A DNA stretch of 64,000 nt, from assembly GCA_028689545.1 (NCBI GenBank), contig JAQVCX010000007.1:881-64880 (forward strand), read 5' to 3'. Under the pieces are notes generated by a model, which saw only the letters and a program-made list of their open reading frames with translations, ran no database searches and was not told the origin of the DNA. The position numbers were made by a program, and so were the translations under genes. Position 1 is the first letter of the stretch. Each line of letters starts with the position of its first letter. This DNA comes from Parabacteroides sp. (lineage in GTDB: Bacteria; Bacteroidota; Bacteroidia; Bacteroidales; Tannerellaceae). This document shows positions 41,173 to 51,801 of this stretch, one piece after another.

Positions 41173-41637
41173 ATGAATAAAATATTTTTCATTACATTTG
41201 TAGCGATTTCGGTTTTACTCTCTTTTGATGCTACGGCACAAGAGAAAAAAGAGCAAAGACATTTTGATAGAGAAGCGTTCGAGGCAAGACGAAATGCTTT
41301 TATTACGGCTGAAGTCGGTCTTACACCCGAGGAGGCTGCGCAATTTATTCCTCTATGCAATGAGTTGCGGCAGCGGAAATTTGAGTTGGGGCGTGAATGT
41401 CGTAAGTTGTCAAAAGAAATTCGACATAAGGAGAATCCGGTGGATGCTGATTATAACCAAGCGATAGACAAATGTCTGGAGGTTGAGATAAAAGAGGCAC
41501 AGTTGGAAAAAGAGTATTTCGAGAAATTCAAGGAGATACTTTCTCCCGAAAAGGTCTATAAGTACCGAAATGCGGAATATAAGTTTGTCCGGAGTTTCAT
41601 GAAGAATGGTCGGGGCAATAAGAAGGATGGAGATTGA
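41173..41637 (+). CDS. Secreted helical protein (Spy/CpxP-like)
   Basis: Signal peptide; 'GLTPEEAAQF' and 'ILSPEKV' resemble LTxxQ motifs. Confidence 0.6.
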   Translation: MNKIFFITFVAISVLLSFDATAQEKKEQRHFDREAFEARRNAFITAEVGLTPEEAAQFIPLCNELRQRKFELGRECRKLSKEIRHKENPVDADYNQAIDKCLEVEIKEAQLEKEYFEKFKEILSPEKVYKYRNAEYKFVRSFMKNGRGNKKDGD

Positions 41638-41756
41638 ATAAATAAAATAATTATCATTATTTGTGTTTTTTGTTTAGATTTAGTTTTGGCGTTTAAGTTA
41701 AGGGAGGGGTGGCGACGTGATGTCGGTTCCCCTTTTGTTTTGCCCTTATCCTCGCT

Positions 41757-42542
41757 TTATAGGCCTTTGCCCTTGGCCTCATTCCATAGTTGATCCATTT
41801 CCTCCAATGTCATATCTTTCAAGGAACGACCTTCTTGGATCGTATGCTCCTCCAGATAATTAAAACGGCGGATAAACTTCTGGTTCGTGCGCTCCAACGC
41901 GTTGTCCGGATTTATCTTGTATAGGCGGGCGGCGTTGATCAGGCTAAAGAAGAGATCTCCGAACTCGGCTTCCATCTTGTCCGCGTCCATCTTATCGATC
42001 TCGGTTTTCAACTCGTTAAATTCCTCCTGTACCTTATCCCATACTTGGTCACGTTCTTCCCAGTCGAAGCCTACGTTGCGGGCCTTATCTTGGATACGAT
42101 GCGCTTTTACTACGGATGGGAGAGAGGCGGGAACACCTTCCAGCACGGTCTTATTGCCTCCTTTTTCTTTCAGTTTGAGCTGCTCCCAGCTTTGCTCTAC
42201 CTTTTGGGCGGTATCGGCGGAGGCATCTCCGAATACGTGTGGATGGCGGTAGATCAGTTTCTGGCAGAGGCTATCGCAAACGTCCTTGATATCGAAAGCT
42301 TCTTTTTCCTCGCCGATCTTGGAGTAAAAGACGATGTGCAATAACAAGTCTCCTAATTCTTTTTTTATGTTTATGTCATCCTCACGCATCAAGGCCTCGC
42401 ATAGCTCATAGGTTTCCTCGATCGTATTCGTGCGGAGGCTCTCGTTTGTCTGTTTACGATCCCAAGGACATTTTACCCGTAATTCGTCTAAGATATCGAG
42501 TAACTGCCCGAAGGCTTCCATCTTCTCTTCTCTAGTTGCCAT
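41757..42542 (-). CDS. mazG: Nucleoside triphosphate pyrophosphohydrolase
   Basis: 'CPWDRKQT', 'EETYEL', 'ELGDLLLH', 'KLIYRHPHVFG', 'EFGDLFFS'. Confidence 0.96.
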   Translation of the reverse strand: MATREEKMEAFGQLLDILDELRVKCPWDRKQTNESLRTNTIEETYELCEALMREDDINIKKELGDLLLHIVFYSKIGEEKEAFDIKDVCDSLCQKLIYRHPHVFGDASADTAQKVEQSWEQLKLKEKGGNKTVLEGVPASLPSVVKAHRIQDKARNVGFDWEERDQVWDKVQEEFNELKTEIDKMDADKMEAEFGDLFFSLINAARLYKINPDNALERTNQKFIRRFNYLEEHTIQEGRSLKDMTLEEMDQLWNEAKGKGL

Positions 42543-42555
42543 TTATTTGATGTTT

Positions 42556-42622
42556 GATTTATGATTTATAATTTATGATTTACGCGTCGATGAGAAATCA
42601 TAAATCATAAATCATAAATCAT
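42556..42622. repeat. Inverted heptamer array (ATTTATG)n...(CATAAAT)n
   Basis: Seen between the dsbD-like stop and the mazG start. Confidence 0.88.
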
Positions 42623-42629
42623 GAATGTT

Positions 42630-44717
42630 TTACTTTTCTTTCTTGAACTCTTTCAATCCGTTTTGAAGGAACTGGATGTATTTGGATACATCCTCGTCGA
42701 AAGCGTATGAAGGTCCGAGCGGCTGTCCCTCGTCATTCAGTAAGATGTAGAATGGCTGGGCGTTAGAGCCGAACTTGCTTCGTTGCAGGTAGCTCCATTT
42801 ATCGCCAATCGTCTTCAGCTTGCGGGTCTTACCGTTTTCCTGTATCTCGATGGGTCGCGGAAGCTTTGTCTTGTCATCTACCATCAGCGTGATCAATACG
42901 TAGTCGTTCTCCAAGTGTTGCTTCACTTTCGGATCCGTCCAAACGGAAGCCTCCATCTTACGGCAGTTTACGCAACCGAAGCCGGAGAAGTCGATCATGA
43001 CGGGTTTGTTTACCTTCTTGGCATAAGCCATGCCGGACTCATAATCGTCGAACGCGGCGTGTACCTCGTTTTTGTATAGATTGAAATCTTGTGTGTACAA
43101 CGGGGGAGCGAACGCGCTGATCGCCTTTAACGGCGCGCCCCAAAGCCCGGGAACCATGTAAACGGCGAAAGCGAAAGAGATAATCGCCATAAACAGCCGC
43201 GGTACAGATACATATTTCACTTCGCTATCATGGCTGAACTTGATCTTTCCTAATAGATAAGCGCCTAATAAGATGAAGATCACGATCCAAAGCACGACAA
43301 ACACCTCACGGTCTAGCAAGCGCCAGCCATACGCTAAGTCCGCTACGGAAAGGAACTTCAACGCCAACGCCAACTCCAGGAAGCCCAATACGACCTTCAC
43401 GGAATTTAGCCATCCGCCGGATTTCGGCATACTTTGCAGCATATTCGGGAAGATGGCGAAGACGCTGAACGGGATGGACAGCGCCAAGGCGAAACCGAAC
43501 ATACCGATAGCCGGCCCTACCGCCGTACCCATGGATGCGGCCTGTACCAACAAGGTCCCGATAATCGGTCCCGTACACGAGAATGATACCAATACCAACG
43601 TGAACGACATAAAGAAGATGCTCAATATACCGGTCGTAGAATCGGCCTTGCTATCCAACTTACTGGTCCACGACGCGGGCAATACCAGCTCGAAGGCTCC
43701 GAGGAAGGAGACCGCGAATACTACCAGCAACAAGAAGAATATGATATTGAAGATGGCGTTCGTCGATAAATCATTCAATGCGCTCGCCCCGAAGATACCG
43801 GTGATCAGCAAGCCCATCACCAGATAGATCACGATAATGGATAATCCATAGGTAACGGCGTCGCGAATCGCCTTCTTACGATCTTTCGTACGTTTCAGGA
43901 AGAAGCTAACCGTCATAGGGATCATCGGCCAAACGCAAGGAGTCAATAAGGCGATCAAACCACCCAAGAAACCCGCGAAGAAGATGAACAACCAGGATGT
44001 ATCGGCGGCGGATACCGTAGCGTCGCCAAACGATTTCAATGAGTCGATCACCGGAGACCATAAGTCTGGGCTATCGGTCAAGCTACCGGGCGCTTTAGGG
44101 GATGTCGTGGCCGATGTCTCTTTGGCCGCTAGGACTGGGCTCTCTGCCTCTTCACTCCCTTCTGCTCCGGCCTGCCCATTAGGCTGTTCGGCCGTAATCT
44201 CCTTTGTGTCTGCTTCCGTGGACGAAGACGCGCTGGCCGCCATAGCCGGGTCTACATGGATGCTTTTCTTATCGAAAGCGAAAGGTATTTGATCAGGGGG
44301 AAGGCACGTCTCATCATTGCAAGCCATAAATTCCACCTCGCCCTCAGCCTTGAACTTGGCGGGATCGGTCACTTTTAGTTTTTGGATGAACGATACCGTG
44401 CCCGGATACCAGCGAAGGTTCATGGCGAATTGCTCGTCGTAAACCGTGGTCGGCTTTACCGAAGGAACCGGTTGCCCAACCAGTTCAGCTCCATTCAATG
44501 TCTCGAATTTGAAAGATGTAGATACGGGACCTCCCTCGGGCAGGTTCATGTCATATAGGTGCCAGCCTTTGTCCGCCGTGGCGGTAAAGACGATCTCTTT
44601 CTCGGGCGCGCCGCCTTTGTCGTCTAGCTTGATTTTCCACTTGACAGGCGTGAGTATTTGCGCCTGCGCTACCAGCGCTATGAGCGCCAGCATGATCGAA
44701 CTGATGAGCTTCTTCAT
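42630..44717 (-). CDS. dsbD: DsbD-like protein-disulfide reductase
   Basis: N-terminal 'ACNDETC', TM Cys pair 'TPCVWP' and 'SCTGP', C-terminal thioredoxin 'GCVNC'. Confidence 0.88.
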   Translation of the reverse strand: MKKLISSIMLALIALVAQAQILTPVKWKIKLDDKGGAPEKEIVFTATADKGWHLYDMNLPEGGPVSTSFKFETLNGAELVGQPVPSVKPTTVYDEQFAMNLRWYPGTVSFIQKLKVTDPAKFKAEGEVEFMACNDETCLPPDQIPFAFDKKSIHVDPAMAASASSSTEADTKEITAEQPNGQAGAEGSEEAESPVLAAKETSATTSPKAPGSLTDSPDLWSPVIDSLKSFGDATVSAADTSWLFIFFAGFLGGLIALLTPCVWPMIPMTVSFFLKRTKDRKKAIRDAVTYGLSIIVIYLVMGLLITGIFGASALNDLSTNAIFNIIFFLLLVVFAVSFLGAFELVLPASWTSKLDSKADSTTGILSIFFMSFTLVLVSFSCTGPIIGTLLVQAASMGTAVGPAIGMFGFALALSIPFSVFAIFPNMLQSMPKSGGWLNSVKVVLGFLELALALKFLSVADLAYGWRLLDREVFVVLWIVIFILLGAYLLGKIKFSHDSEVKYVSVPRLFMAIISFAFAVYMVPGLWGAPLKAISAFAPPLYTQDFNLYKNEVHAAFDDYESGMAYAKKVNKPVMIDFSGFGCVNCRKMEASVWTDPKVKQHLENDYVLITLMVDDKTKLPRPIEIQENGKTRKLKTIGDKWSYLQRSKFGSNAQPFYILLNDEGQPLGPSYAFDEDVSKYIQFLQNGLKEFKKEK

Positions 44718-44736
44718 TTTTTCCTTTATTGATAGA

Positions 44737-45651
44737 TTACTTTGCTGTAGATGTGAACTTCTCCGGGATCCGTGTCTCGAAGCGCATCTCCTCGCCCGTT
44801 ACCGGATGGATGAAACAGAGCCTGCGGGCATGGAGCATCAAGCGTCCGGCGGGATTTGTCTCCGCGCCATATTTGGTGTCTCCGGCTATCGGATGGCCGA
44901 TGGATTGCATCTGCGCGCGGATCTGGTTCTTGCGTCCCGTCTCCAGGTCCAGCTCCAGCAGCGAGTAGCGTTCGTTCGTGTTCAGCAGGCGGTAGCGGGT
45001 GATCGCCTCCTTGCCGTCGCCTTCTTGTGTCACGTACACTTGCATATGCCTGTTCTCCACAAGGTTGGATACGATCAAGTCCGTGTCTTTCTCTGGGCGG
45101 CCCTCCACCACGGCCACGTAGGAGCGCTGCGTGATGACCTCGCTCCAGTTGGATTGCATTTGCTCCTTCACCCGCTGGTTCTTGGCGAACATCATGATGC
45201 CGGATGTATCGCGGTCCAGGCGGTGCAAGACGAATATCTTGTTGTTCGGGTCGCATTCTTTCAAGTAATCGCTCAGTATCCGGTAGGCCGTGCGCTCCTT
45301 GATGCGATCGGTCGATACGGATAGCAAGCCTTCCCGCTTGTTGATCACGATGAGGTCTTCGTCTTCCCATACGATTCTAAGTAGCGGATTGCTAAATTCC
45401 ACCTTCCCTCTTCCATAGTTCACCCCTACCGTATCGTTCGGGTTCAGCGGGGCGTCGAATTGCCGGGTGACTTTCCCGTTTACCGAGATCTGCCCCCTGC
45501 TCAATAAACCCTTCACGGATGAACGGCTTTGCTCTTTTAATAACTCGAACAGGAAAGGTAACAAAGTGTTACTCTCGGCCACTGTTACCTGTCGTTCTTT
45601 AGAGGGTTTACGTCTATTATCCCCTCCTTTATACTCGGATCGCTTTCTCAT
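44737..45651 (-). CDS. RluA/RluD-family pseudouridine synthase with S4-like N-terminus
   Basis: 'VINKREGLL', 'HRLDRDTSG', 'LETGRKNQIR', 'GDTKYG', 'LHARRL'. Confidence 0.93.
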   Translation of the reverse strand: MRKRSEYKGGDNRRKPSKERQVTVAESNTLLPFLFELLKEQSRSSVKGLLSRGQISVNGKVTRQFDAPLNPNDTVGVNYGRGKVEFSNPLLRIVWEDEDLIVINKREGLLSVSTDRIKERTAYRILSDYLKECDPNNKIFVLHRLDRDTSGIMMFAKNQRVKEQMQSNWSEVITQRSYVAVVEGRPEKDTDLIVSNLVENRHMQVYVTQEGDGKEAITRYRLLNTNERYSLLELDLETGRKNQIRAQMQSIGHPIAGDTKYGAETNPAGRLMLHARRLCFIHPVTGEEMRFETRIPEKFTSTAK

Positions 45652-45800
45652 ATCTATTTTTTATAGTTCGCGAAGATACAGGCATTTAGGCGAAACTGCA
45701 ATAGCGCGGAATAGAAAACCGCTATAAATAGTTCGCATGTGATAGGAATAAACCTTTAAATCCCCGGATGCAAAGATAATCGCCATTAGATCTATATTCA

Positions 45801-45890
45801 AAACCATGGCGTGGTCTGTACAAACCACGTCGTGATCTGTATAAACCACGCCATGATCTGTACAGACCACGTCGTGGTTTGTAGAATACT
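45801..45890. repeat. 21-bp palindromic tandem repeat (about four units)
   Basis: TGTA cores at 45817, 45838, 45859 and 45880; unit CGTGGTCTGTACAAACCACGT and variants. Confidence 0.9.
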
Positions 45891-45980
45891 GCCGTGTCCG
45901 AGAGGGAATACCTATTGCTGCGGGCGACTATAGTTATGGTTGTATGGAAGTTTACAGCCTGAATTATGATGCTTGGAACC

Positions 45981-46247
45981 TTATCTTACTACCACTAAAG
46001 ATTTCCCGAAAAAAGTAGAAAGCATACTTAGTGTACGGATGGTAAAGTTATGTTGTCCACTCAACCATTTGGTTACTTCGCTCGGCCGTTTGCCAATAGC
46101 CTGGGCTAATTCTTTCTTAGATAAGCCTTTTTCTTTCATCAAGGCATCCAGTTTATCTGCTATGGCGAAAGACAAGTCAACCTCATCCTTTACATTTGCC
46201 GGAACTTGGGCAGCCATATCCTTGAATTTGTTCTGAATCGTTCTCAT
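45981..46247 (-). CDS. XRE-family HTH protein (HigA-like)
   Basis: 'LMKEKGLSKKELAQAIGKRPSEVTKWLSGQHNFTIRTL'; ATGA overlap with the upstream gene. Confidence 0.88.
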   Translation of the reverse strand: MRTIQNKFKDMAAQVPANVKDEVDLSFAIADKLDALMKEKGLSKKELAQAIGKRPSEVTKWLSGQHNFTIRTLSMLSTFFGKSLVVVR

Positions 46248-46714
46248 AGATCAAATGTATTATCGGTTTCTATTGTATTTTCTGAAATGGCTACAGTGCC
46301 ATCTTTCACACATTCCTTTATCAGTTTCTCAAACTTTTGAAGGGTAAGCACATAACCTTTAAGCTTATCATTCTCATTATAAGTTTTAGTGTTTTTTACC
46401 CCACCATTGCCAAGTATAAGTATTTGATCGGATAATCGAAGACAGTATAAACGCAGTTTCGATTGAACGACAGGTAGCGCGCAAACGCCATCATTGTATT
46501 TACCTTCTGGACGGAAGAAACGTTCCAAAGCACCTCTATCCGCAATTTTATCAATAAATGACACAATACGCATCAAGTCGGGATTGTATGTTGCATCATC
46601 CTTGAACTTGTTATAGAAACGTTCAAACTCACTATCTGTTTCCGATAAAAACCGAATAGTATAAATGGTGCAGCTGTTGGTTTCGTTGACCAGTAAAAGT
46701 TCTACTTCGCTCAT
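46244..46714 (-). CDS. Hypothetical protein with a RelE/HigB-like C-terminal pattern
   Basis: 'KLRLYCLRLSDQILILGNGGVKNTKT' resembles HigB/Gp49-type strands; own TATTTTTG box at 46738-46745. Confidence 0.6.
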   Translation of the reverse strand: MSEVELLLVNETNSCTIYTIRFLSETDSEFERFYNKFKDDATYNPDLMRIVSFIDKIADRGALERFFRPEGKYNDGVCALPVVQSKLRLYCLRLSDQILILGNGGVKNTKTYNENDKLKGYVLTLQKFEKLIKECVKDGTVAISENTIETDNTFDL

Positions 46715-46958
46715 ACTTAACTTTCTTATTTAAGAGACAAAAATACGAATTATATTTCACTTAAAAGTAAAATAGAGAAAAACATTCTCTTTCCCTTTTG
46801 ATGATCCTGGAATCGTGCTGGGATGCGTCTTCCTTTTTTCCTATCGAATGGCGAACGATAATCCGATCCGTTATATCAAGGTAGAGTAGTTCTTTTGTCC
46901 ATATTTTTTGTACTTTCGCGCATCGAGAAAGATGTAAAGACTAATTAGTTATAAAAAT

Positions 46959-49580
46959 ATGGAAATCGCTAGTAAGTACAATCCCGCTGAAGTAGAGGGG
47001 AAGTGGTATCAGTATTGGTTGGATAACGGCTTCTTTAAGTCAAAGCCAGACGGCCGTGAGCCGTACACGATCGTAATCCCGCCCCCCAACGTCACCGGCG
47101 TATTGCACATGGGACATATGCTTAACAATACGATCCAAGATATCTTGGTTCGCCGTGCCCGTATGATGGGCAAGAACGCTTGCTGGGTGCCGGGTACGGA
47201 CCATGCCTCGATCGCTACGGAGGCGAAAGTGGTGAATCGCCTGGCCGGGCAAGGTATCAAGAAGACGGATCTGACTCGCGACGAGTTCTTGCGGCATGCC
47301 TGGGAATGGAAAGAGGAGCATGGCGGTATCATCTTGAAGCAACTTCGTAAGTTGGGCGCTTCCTGCGATTGGGATCGTACGGCGTTCACGATGGACGAGA
47401 AGCGTTCGGAGAGCGTGATCAAGGTCTTCGTCGATCTATACGAGAAAGGCTTGATCTACCGCGGCGTGCGTATGGTAAACTGGGACCCGAAGGCGCTGAC
47501 GGCCCTGTCCGACGAGGAGGTTATCTATAAGGAAGAGCATAGTAAGCTGTATTACCTTCGCTATAAGATCGTAGGCGAGGAGGGATATGCCGTCGTGGCC
47601 ACTACCCGTCCGGAGACGATCATGGGAGATACGGCGATGTGTATCAACCCGAACGACCCGAAGAACCAACATCTGAAAGGAAAGAAAGTGATCGTTCCGC
47701 TGGTAGGTCGCGAGATCCCGGTGATCGAGGATGATTACGTGGATATAGAGTTCGGTACGGGCTGCTTGAAAGTGACCCCGGCGCACGACGTGAACGACTA
47801 TATGCTGGGCGAGAAATATAACTTGCCTTCCATCGATATATTCAACGATAACGGTACGCTGAGCGAGGCCGCCGGCCTGTACGTGGGCATGGATCGCTTC
47901 GATGTACGCGAGCAAATAGAGGAAGACTTGCGTAACGCCGACCTTTTGGAGAAGGTAGAGGCCTACGAGAACAAGGTGGGCTTCTCGGAACGTACGAACG
48001 TGCCTATCGAGCCGAAATTGTCTATGCAATGGTTCTTGAAGATGGAGCATCTCGCCCAGATCGCCTTGGAGCCGGTCATGGAGGACGAGATCAAGTTCTA
48101 TCCGCCGAAGTTCAAGAACACCTATCGCCATTGGATGGAGAATATCAAGGACTGGTGTATCAGCCGCCAGCTTTGGTGGGGACACCGTATCCCGGCTTAC
48201 TTCTTGCCGGAGGGCGGTTACGTGGTAGCCGAGACGGCAGAGAAAGCCTTGGAACGGGCGAAAGAGAAATGCGGCAACCCGAATCTGACAATGGCCGACT
48301 TGCGCCAGGATGAGGACGTGTTGGATACTTGGTTCTCCTCTTGGTTGTGGCCGATCTCCCTGTTCGACGGTATCAATAACCCGGATAACGAGGAAATCAA
48401 TTATTACTACCCGACCAGCGACTTGGTGACCGGGCCGGATATCATCTTCTTCTGGGTAGCCCGTATGATTATGGCAGGCTATGAGTACAGGGGGAAGATG
48501 CCGTTCAAGAGCGTTTACTTTACGGGTATCGTTCGCGATAAGCAGGGACGTAAGATGTCTAAATCCTTGGGAAACTCTCCCGATCCGTTGCGCTTGATCG
48601 AGCAATACGGCGCGGACGGCGTGCGTATGGGCTTGATGCTAGCGGCTCCCGCCGGGAATGATATTCCTTTCGATGACGCGTTGTGCGAGCAAGGACGTAA
48701 CTTCAATAATAAGATATGGAACGCTTTCCGCTTGGTGAAGGGCTGGACGGTAGACGATACGATCGCCCAGCCGGAGGCTTCCGCCATCGCCGTGAAGTGG
48801 TTCAAGACGCAGTTGGACAAGACGATCGCCGAGGTAGACGACTCTTTCAGCAAATATCGGCTGAGCGAGGCGATGATGGCGGTGTATAAGTTGTTCTGGG
48901 ATGAGTTCTCCTCCTGGTATCTGGAGATGGCGAAACCGGGTTATCAGCAGCCCATCGACAAGGCTACTTACGAGGCTACGTTAGGCTTCTTCGACGCTTT
49001 GCTTCGCTTGCTGCATCCGTTCATGCCGTTTATTACCGAGGAATTATGGCAAGCCCTCGAGCCTCGTAAGGAAGGCGAGAGCTTGATGGTCGCCCAAATG
49101 CCGGAGGTAGCGGTTGCCGATAACGCTTATCTGGACGCTTTCGAGATCGTGAAAGAGATCGTGGGCGATGTCCGTACGATCCGTCTGCAGAAGAATATAC
49201 CGAACAAGGACGCATTGGAATTACAGATCGTAGGCGAGCACAACGAGGCGTTCAACGCCGTGATCGCTAAGATGTGCAACCTCTCTTCCATCTCCCAGGT
49301 AGAGGAGAAAGCCGCCGGCGCCGTATCGTTCTTGGTTCGCACGACCGAGTACGCGGTTCCTCTGGGCAATATGATCAATGTGGAAGAGGAGTTGGCCAAG
49401 CTTCAAGAAGAGTTGAAATACCAAAAAGGTTTCTTGACCTCTGTCCTGAAGAAATTAGGCAATGAGAACTTCGTAAGCAAGGCCCCGGCGAAAGTGATCG
49501 AGATGGAGAAGAAAAAGCAAGCCGATGCCGAGTCGAAGATTAAGTCTATCGAGGAAAGTATCGCCGCCTTGACAAAATAA
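46959..49580 (+). CDS. valS: Valine--tRNA ligase
   Basis: '[13 protein letters not shown]', 'GTDHASIAT', '[12 protein letters not shown]', 'KMSKS', C-terminal coiled coil. Confidence 0.99.
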   Translation: MEIASKYNPAEVEGKWYQYWLDNGFFKSKPDGREPYTIVIPPPNVTGVLHMGHMLNNTIQDILVRRARMMGKNACWVPGTDHASIATEAKVVNRLAGQGIKKTDLTRDEFLRHAWEWKEEHGGIILKQLRKLGASCDWDRTAFTMDEKRSESVIKVFVDLYEKGLIYRGVRMVNWDPKALTALSDEEVIYKEEHSKLYYLRYKIVGEEGYAVVATTRPETIMGDTAMCINPNDPKNQHLKGKKVIVPLVGREIPVIEDDYVDIEFGTGCLKVTPAHDVNDYMLGEKYNLPSIDIFNDNGTLSEAAGLYVGMDRFDVREQIEEDLRNADLLEKVEAYENKVGFSERTNVPIEPKLSMQWFLKMEHLAQIALEPVMEDEIKFYPPKFKNTYRHWMENIKDWCISRQLWWGHRIPAYFLPEGGYVVAETAEKALERAKEKCGNPNLTMADLRQDEDVLDTWFSSWLWPISLFDGINNPDNEEINYYYPTSDLVTGPDIIFFWVARMIMAGYEYRGKMPFKSVYFTGIVRDKQGRKMSKSLGNSPDPLRLIEQYGADGVRMGLMLAAPAGNDIPFDDALCEQGRNFNNKIWNAFRLVKGWTVDDTIAQPEASAIAVKWFKTQLDKTIAEVDDSFSKYRLSEAMMAVYKLFWDEFSSWYLEMAKPGYQQPIDKATYEATLGFFDALLRLLHPFMPFITEELWQALEPRKEGESLMVAQMPEVAVADNAYLDAFEIVKEIVGDVRTIRLQKNIPNKDALELQIVGEHNEAFNAVIAKMCNLSSISQVEEKAAGAVSFLVRTTEYAVPLGNMINVEEELAKLQEELKYQKGFLTSVLKKLGNENFVSKAPAKVIEMEKKKQADAESKIKSIEESIAALTK

Positions 49581-49632
49581 GGGCAAAAGAGGAATTGAAC
49601 GGGCAATGAACGTATGCAGGAAGCCCGTATTC

Positions 49633-49675
49633 ACCGGACGTAGATGACACGCACTCTGTGTCATCCGCGTCCGGT
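49633..49675. repeat. 18-bp-arm hairpin of the GATGACAC nonamer family after valS
   Basis: ACCGGACGTAGATGACAC / GTGTCATCCGCGTCCGGT (16/18). Confidence 0.75.
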
Positions 49676-49812
49676 TTCTTAATTAGACACATCCTTTGGA
49701 TCGTATAAATTGAGAAAAGTGACATTAAACTTGTATATATTGTTTTTTCGTATTTAAATTTTTATTAACTTGCCGAGCCTAAACAGATGGATTGGATTCC
49801 TGGAAACTTTAA

Positions 49813-51801
49813 ATGCGAAAGATACTATTTGTTATATATTTATCCCTTTTACCAATGCTTGCTGGCTCGGTGTCTGCGGTTACAGTGGTAGATAGTTTGG
49901 AGCGAATCGTTGCCAATTTGCCATCCGACAGCAAGCTCGTGAGGCTGGATGAATTGGCTGGCGGCAAAGAGCAAGGGCTGAATTATAAGTTTTTCGCGGA
50001 TCGATTGCTTGAGGAAGCCGAGCGGCAAAAGAATGATACGTACAAAGGAAACGCCTTGTTTCAGATAATCAATTATTACTATTCCCGGAATATCGATAGC
50101 ATGTCTTTTTTCATGCGGAGAGCCGAGCCCATCTTCCTGCGGTATAAACGCTATGAGGATTTATTCCGGATGAAAGCCTGGTATATTTATGCTTTGTCGA
50201 AGAATGGAGAGAGCGACAGCGTGATTCCTGCTGTCGAGGCCCTAAAGGCGTTGTCTGTAAAGTTGGATTTCCCGGATGGCATTGATATGGCGAATCAGGC
50301 GTTGGCGAATTTTTATTTTACGACGGGGCTTACCCAGGAAGGCATCGCGCTATACGAGGAGGTCTTTCGGAATATGGAGGAGAGGAACGCCCCCTTGGCT
50401 AAAAGAATCGCGATCATCCGGCAATTGCAAAATAAAAACATCGATGAGACGAAGAGGCTTTTTTATTTAGAGAAATTGAAAGGTTATATAGACAAATGCG
50501 AGGAAGAAGGAATAGAGCTATTAACTATCGAAACCCCGTTGAGCTACGTTAAATACTTGTATCATCGAAGCTACGCGCTATTGGGCATTGATAAGAATGA
50601 TCTGGCAATGGCCGCTAAACATTTGGCGCAGGCGGAGAAGTTAGTGAAAGATTATAAAATAAGGAATGCGGATTTTGTGATCTCTAATATACGTCTACTC
50701 TATTATCGGACCGCGAAAGATTACGAGAGAGGAGTCGCTTTGGCTGATAATCTGATTGATAACTGCCTGCGCAGGAAGCGGGTAGTTGACGCGTTGGAGA
50801 TAATGAGAAATAAAGCGATCATTTGCTATGACGCGGGTCATGGCATGGAAGCGGCCGAGATCTATAGGGAATACATCTCGATGAAGGATTCGGTTTCCAA
50901 CGCTAAGTTCTACAAGGATCTGGCGGATTTGCGTACACGGCATGATATTGACAAGCTGGAGCTGGCGAATAAGAAAATGGAATTGGAGGCCGCCCATACG
51001 AGCGCTAAATTATTGGTCATGGGAGGTAGCCTCCTTTTGCTACTCTTGGTTTGCTGTACATTGGGGTATATCTCATATTCTCGTCATAAATATGGCCTGC
51101 AATTGGAGAAGGCGAAAGAAAAAGCGGAGGAGGCCGATCGTTTGAAATCAGCGTTCCTGGCGAATATGAACCATGAGATACGTACCCCGCTAAATGCCAT
51201 CGTGGGCTTCTCGCAAGTGTTGGTAGACGAGGAAGACAAGGAGGTCAAGCAAGAACTTGCCGATATCATACAGAGCAATAATGAATTGCTCCAACGCCTG
51301 ATTGGGGATGTGCTGGATCTCTCGAAGATAGAGTCCAATACGATGTCTCTTATCTATAAAGAACAGAATATCCCTTCTCTGATGAAAGAGATTTACAATG
51401 TGATCCTCTTGCGTATGCCCGATGGGGTGGAGCTTCTGTTGGAAGATTGCGAGGAGCTGGTGATGGAAACGGACCGGAATCGCTTGACGCAGATCTTGAC
51501 GAATCTGTTGACCAACGCGATCAAGCATACGCAGAAAGGATTTATTCGTTTCGGGTATAAAAAGATAAATAGATCGGTTGAGTTTTTCATACAAGATACC
51601 GGTGAGGGAATACCTCCGGATAAAGTGGATGCTATATTCAGCCGTTTCGTGAAGCTGGACGATTGGAGCAAAGGAGTAGGGCTGGGACTCGCTATCTGCA
51701 GGGGACTGGTTGAGCAAATGAATGGGGAGATAGGGGTTAGCTCGAAGCTTGGGGAAGGATCTGTCTTTTTCGTGAGGCTGCCTTTGGCTCATTTTTGTTG
51801 A
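49813..51801 (+). CDS. Sensor histidine kinase with a large periplasmic helical domain, no receiver domain
   Basis: Signal peptide, one TM segment, 'FLANMNHEIRTPLNAI', 'QILTNLLTNAIKHT', 'DTGEGI', 'GVGLGLAIC'. Confidence 0.93.
   Translation: MRKILFVIYLSLLPMLAGSVSAVTVVDSLERIVANLPSDSKLVRLDELAGGKEQGLNYKFFADRLLEEAERQKNDTYKGNALFQIINYYYSRNIDSMSFFMRRAEPIFLRYKRYEDLFRMKAWYIYALSKNGESDSVIPAVEALKALSVKLDFPDGIDMANQALANFYFTTGLTQEGIALYEEVFRNMEERNAPLAKRIAIIRQLQNKNIDETKRLFYLEKLKGYIDKCEEEGIELLTIETPLSYVKYLYHRSYALLGIDKNDLAMAAKHLAQAEKLVKDYKIRNADFVISNIRLLYYRTAKDYERGVALADNLIDNCLRRKRVVDALEIMRNKAIICYDAGHGMEAAEIYREYISMKDSVSNAKFYKDLADLRTRHDIDKLELANKKMELEAAHTSAKLLVMGGSLLLLLLVCCTLGYISYSRHKYGLQLEKAKEKAEEADRLKSAFLANMNHEIRTPLNAIVGFSQVLVDEEDKEVKQELADIIQSNNELLQRLIGDVLDLSKIESNTMSLIYKEQNIPSLMKEIYNVILLRMPDGVELLLEDCEELVMETDRNRLTQILTNLLTNAIKHTQKGFIRFGYKKINRSVEFFIQDTGEGIPPDKVDAIFSRFVKLDDWSKGVGLGLAICRGLVEQMNGEIGVSSKLGEGSVFFVRLPLAHFC

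Noticed and set aside
41757-42542. mazG as part of a MazEF or anti-phage module
   Set aside because: It is a full-length tandem-domain housekeeping type downstream of a dsbD-like gene, with no mazEF or defence neighbours.
45661-45870. 69-aa ORF with V.TDH.V repeats
   Set aside because: It is a translation of the 21-bp tandem repeat; there is no independent coding evidence.
47436-48605. 389-aa ORF antisense to valS
   Set aside because: Fully nested opposite a certain gene, no motifs; explained by codon bias in the sense frame.
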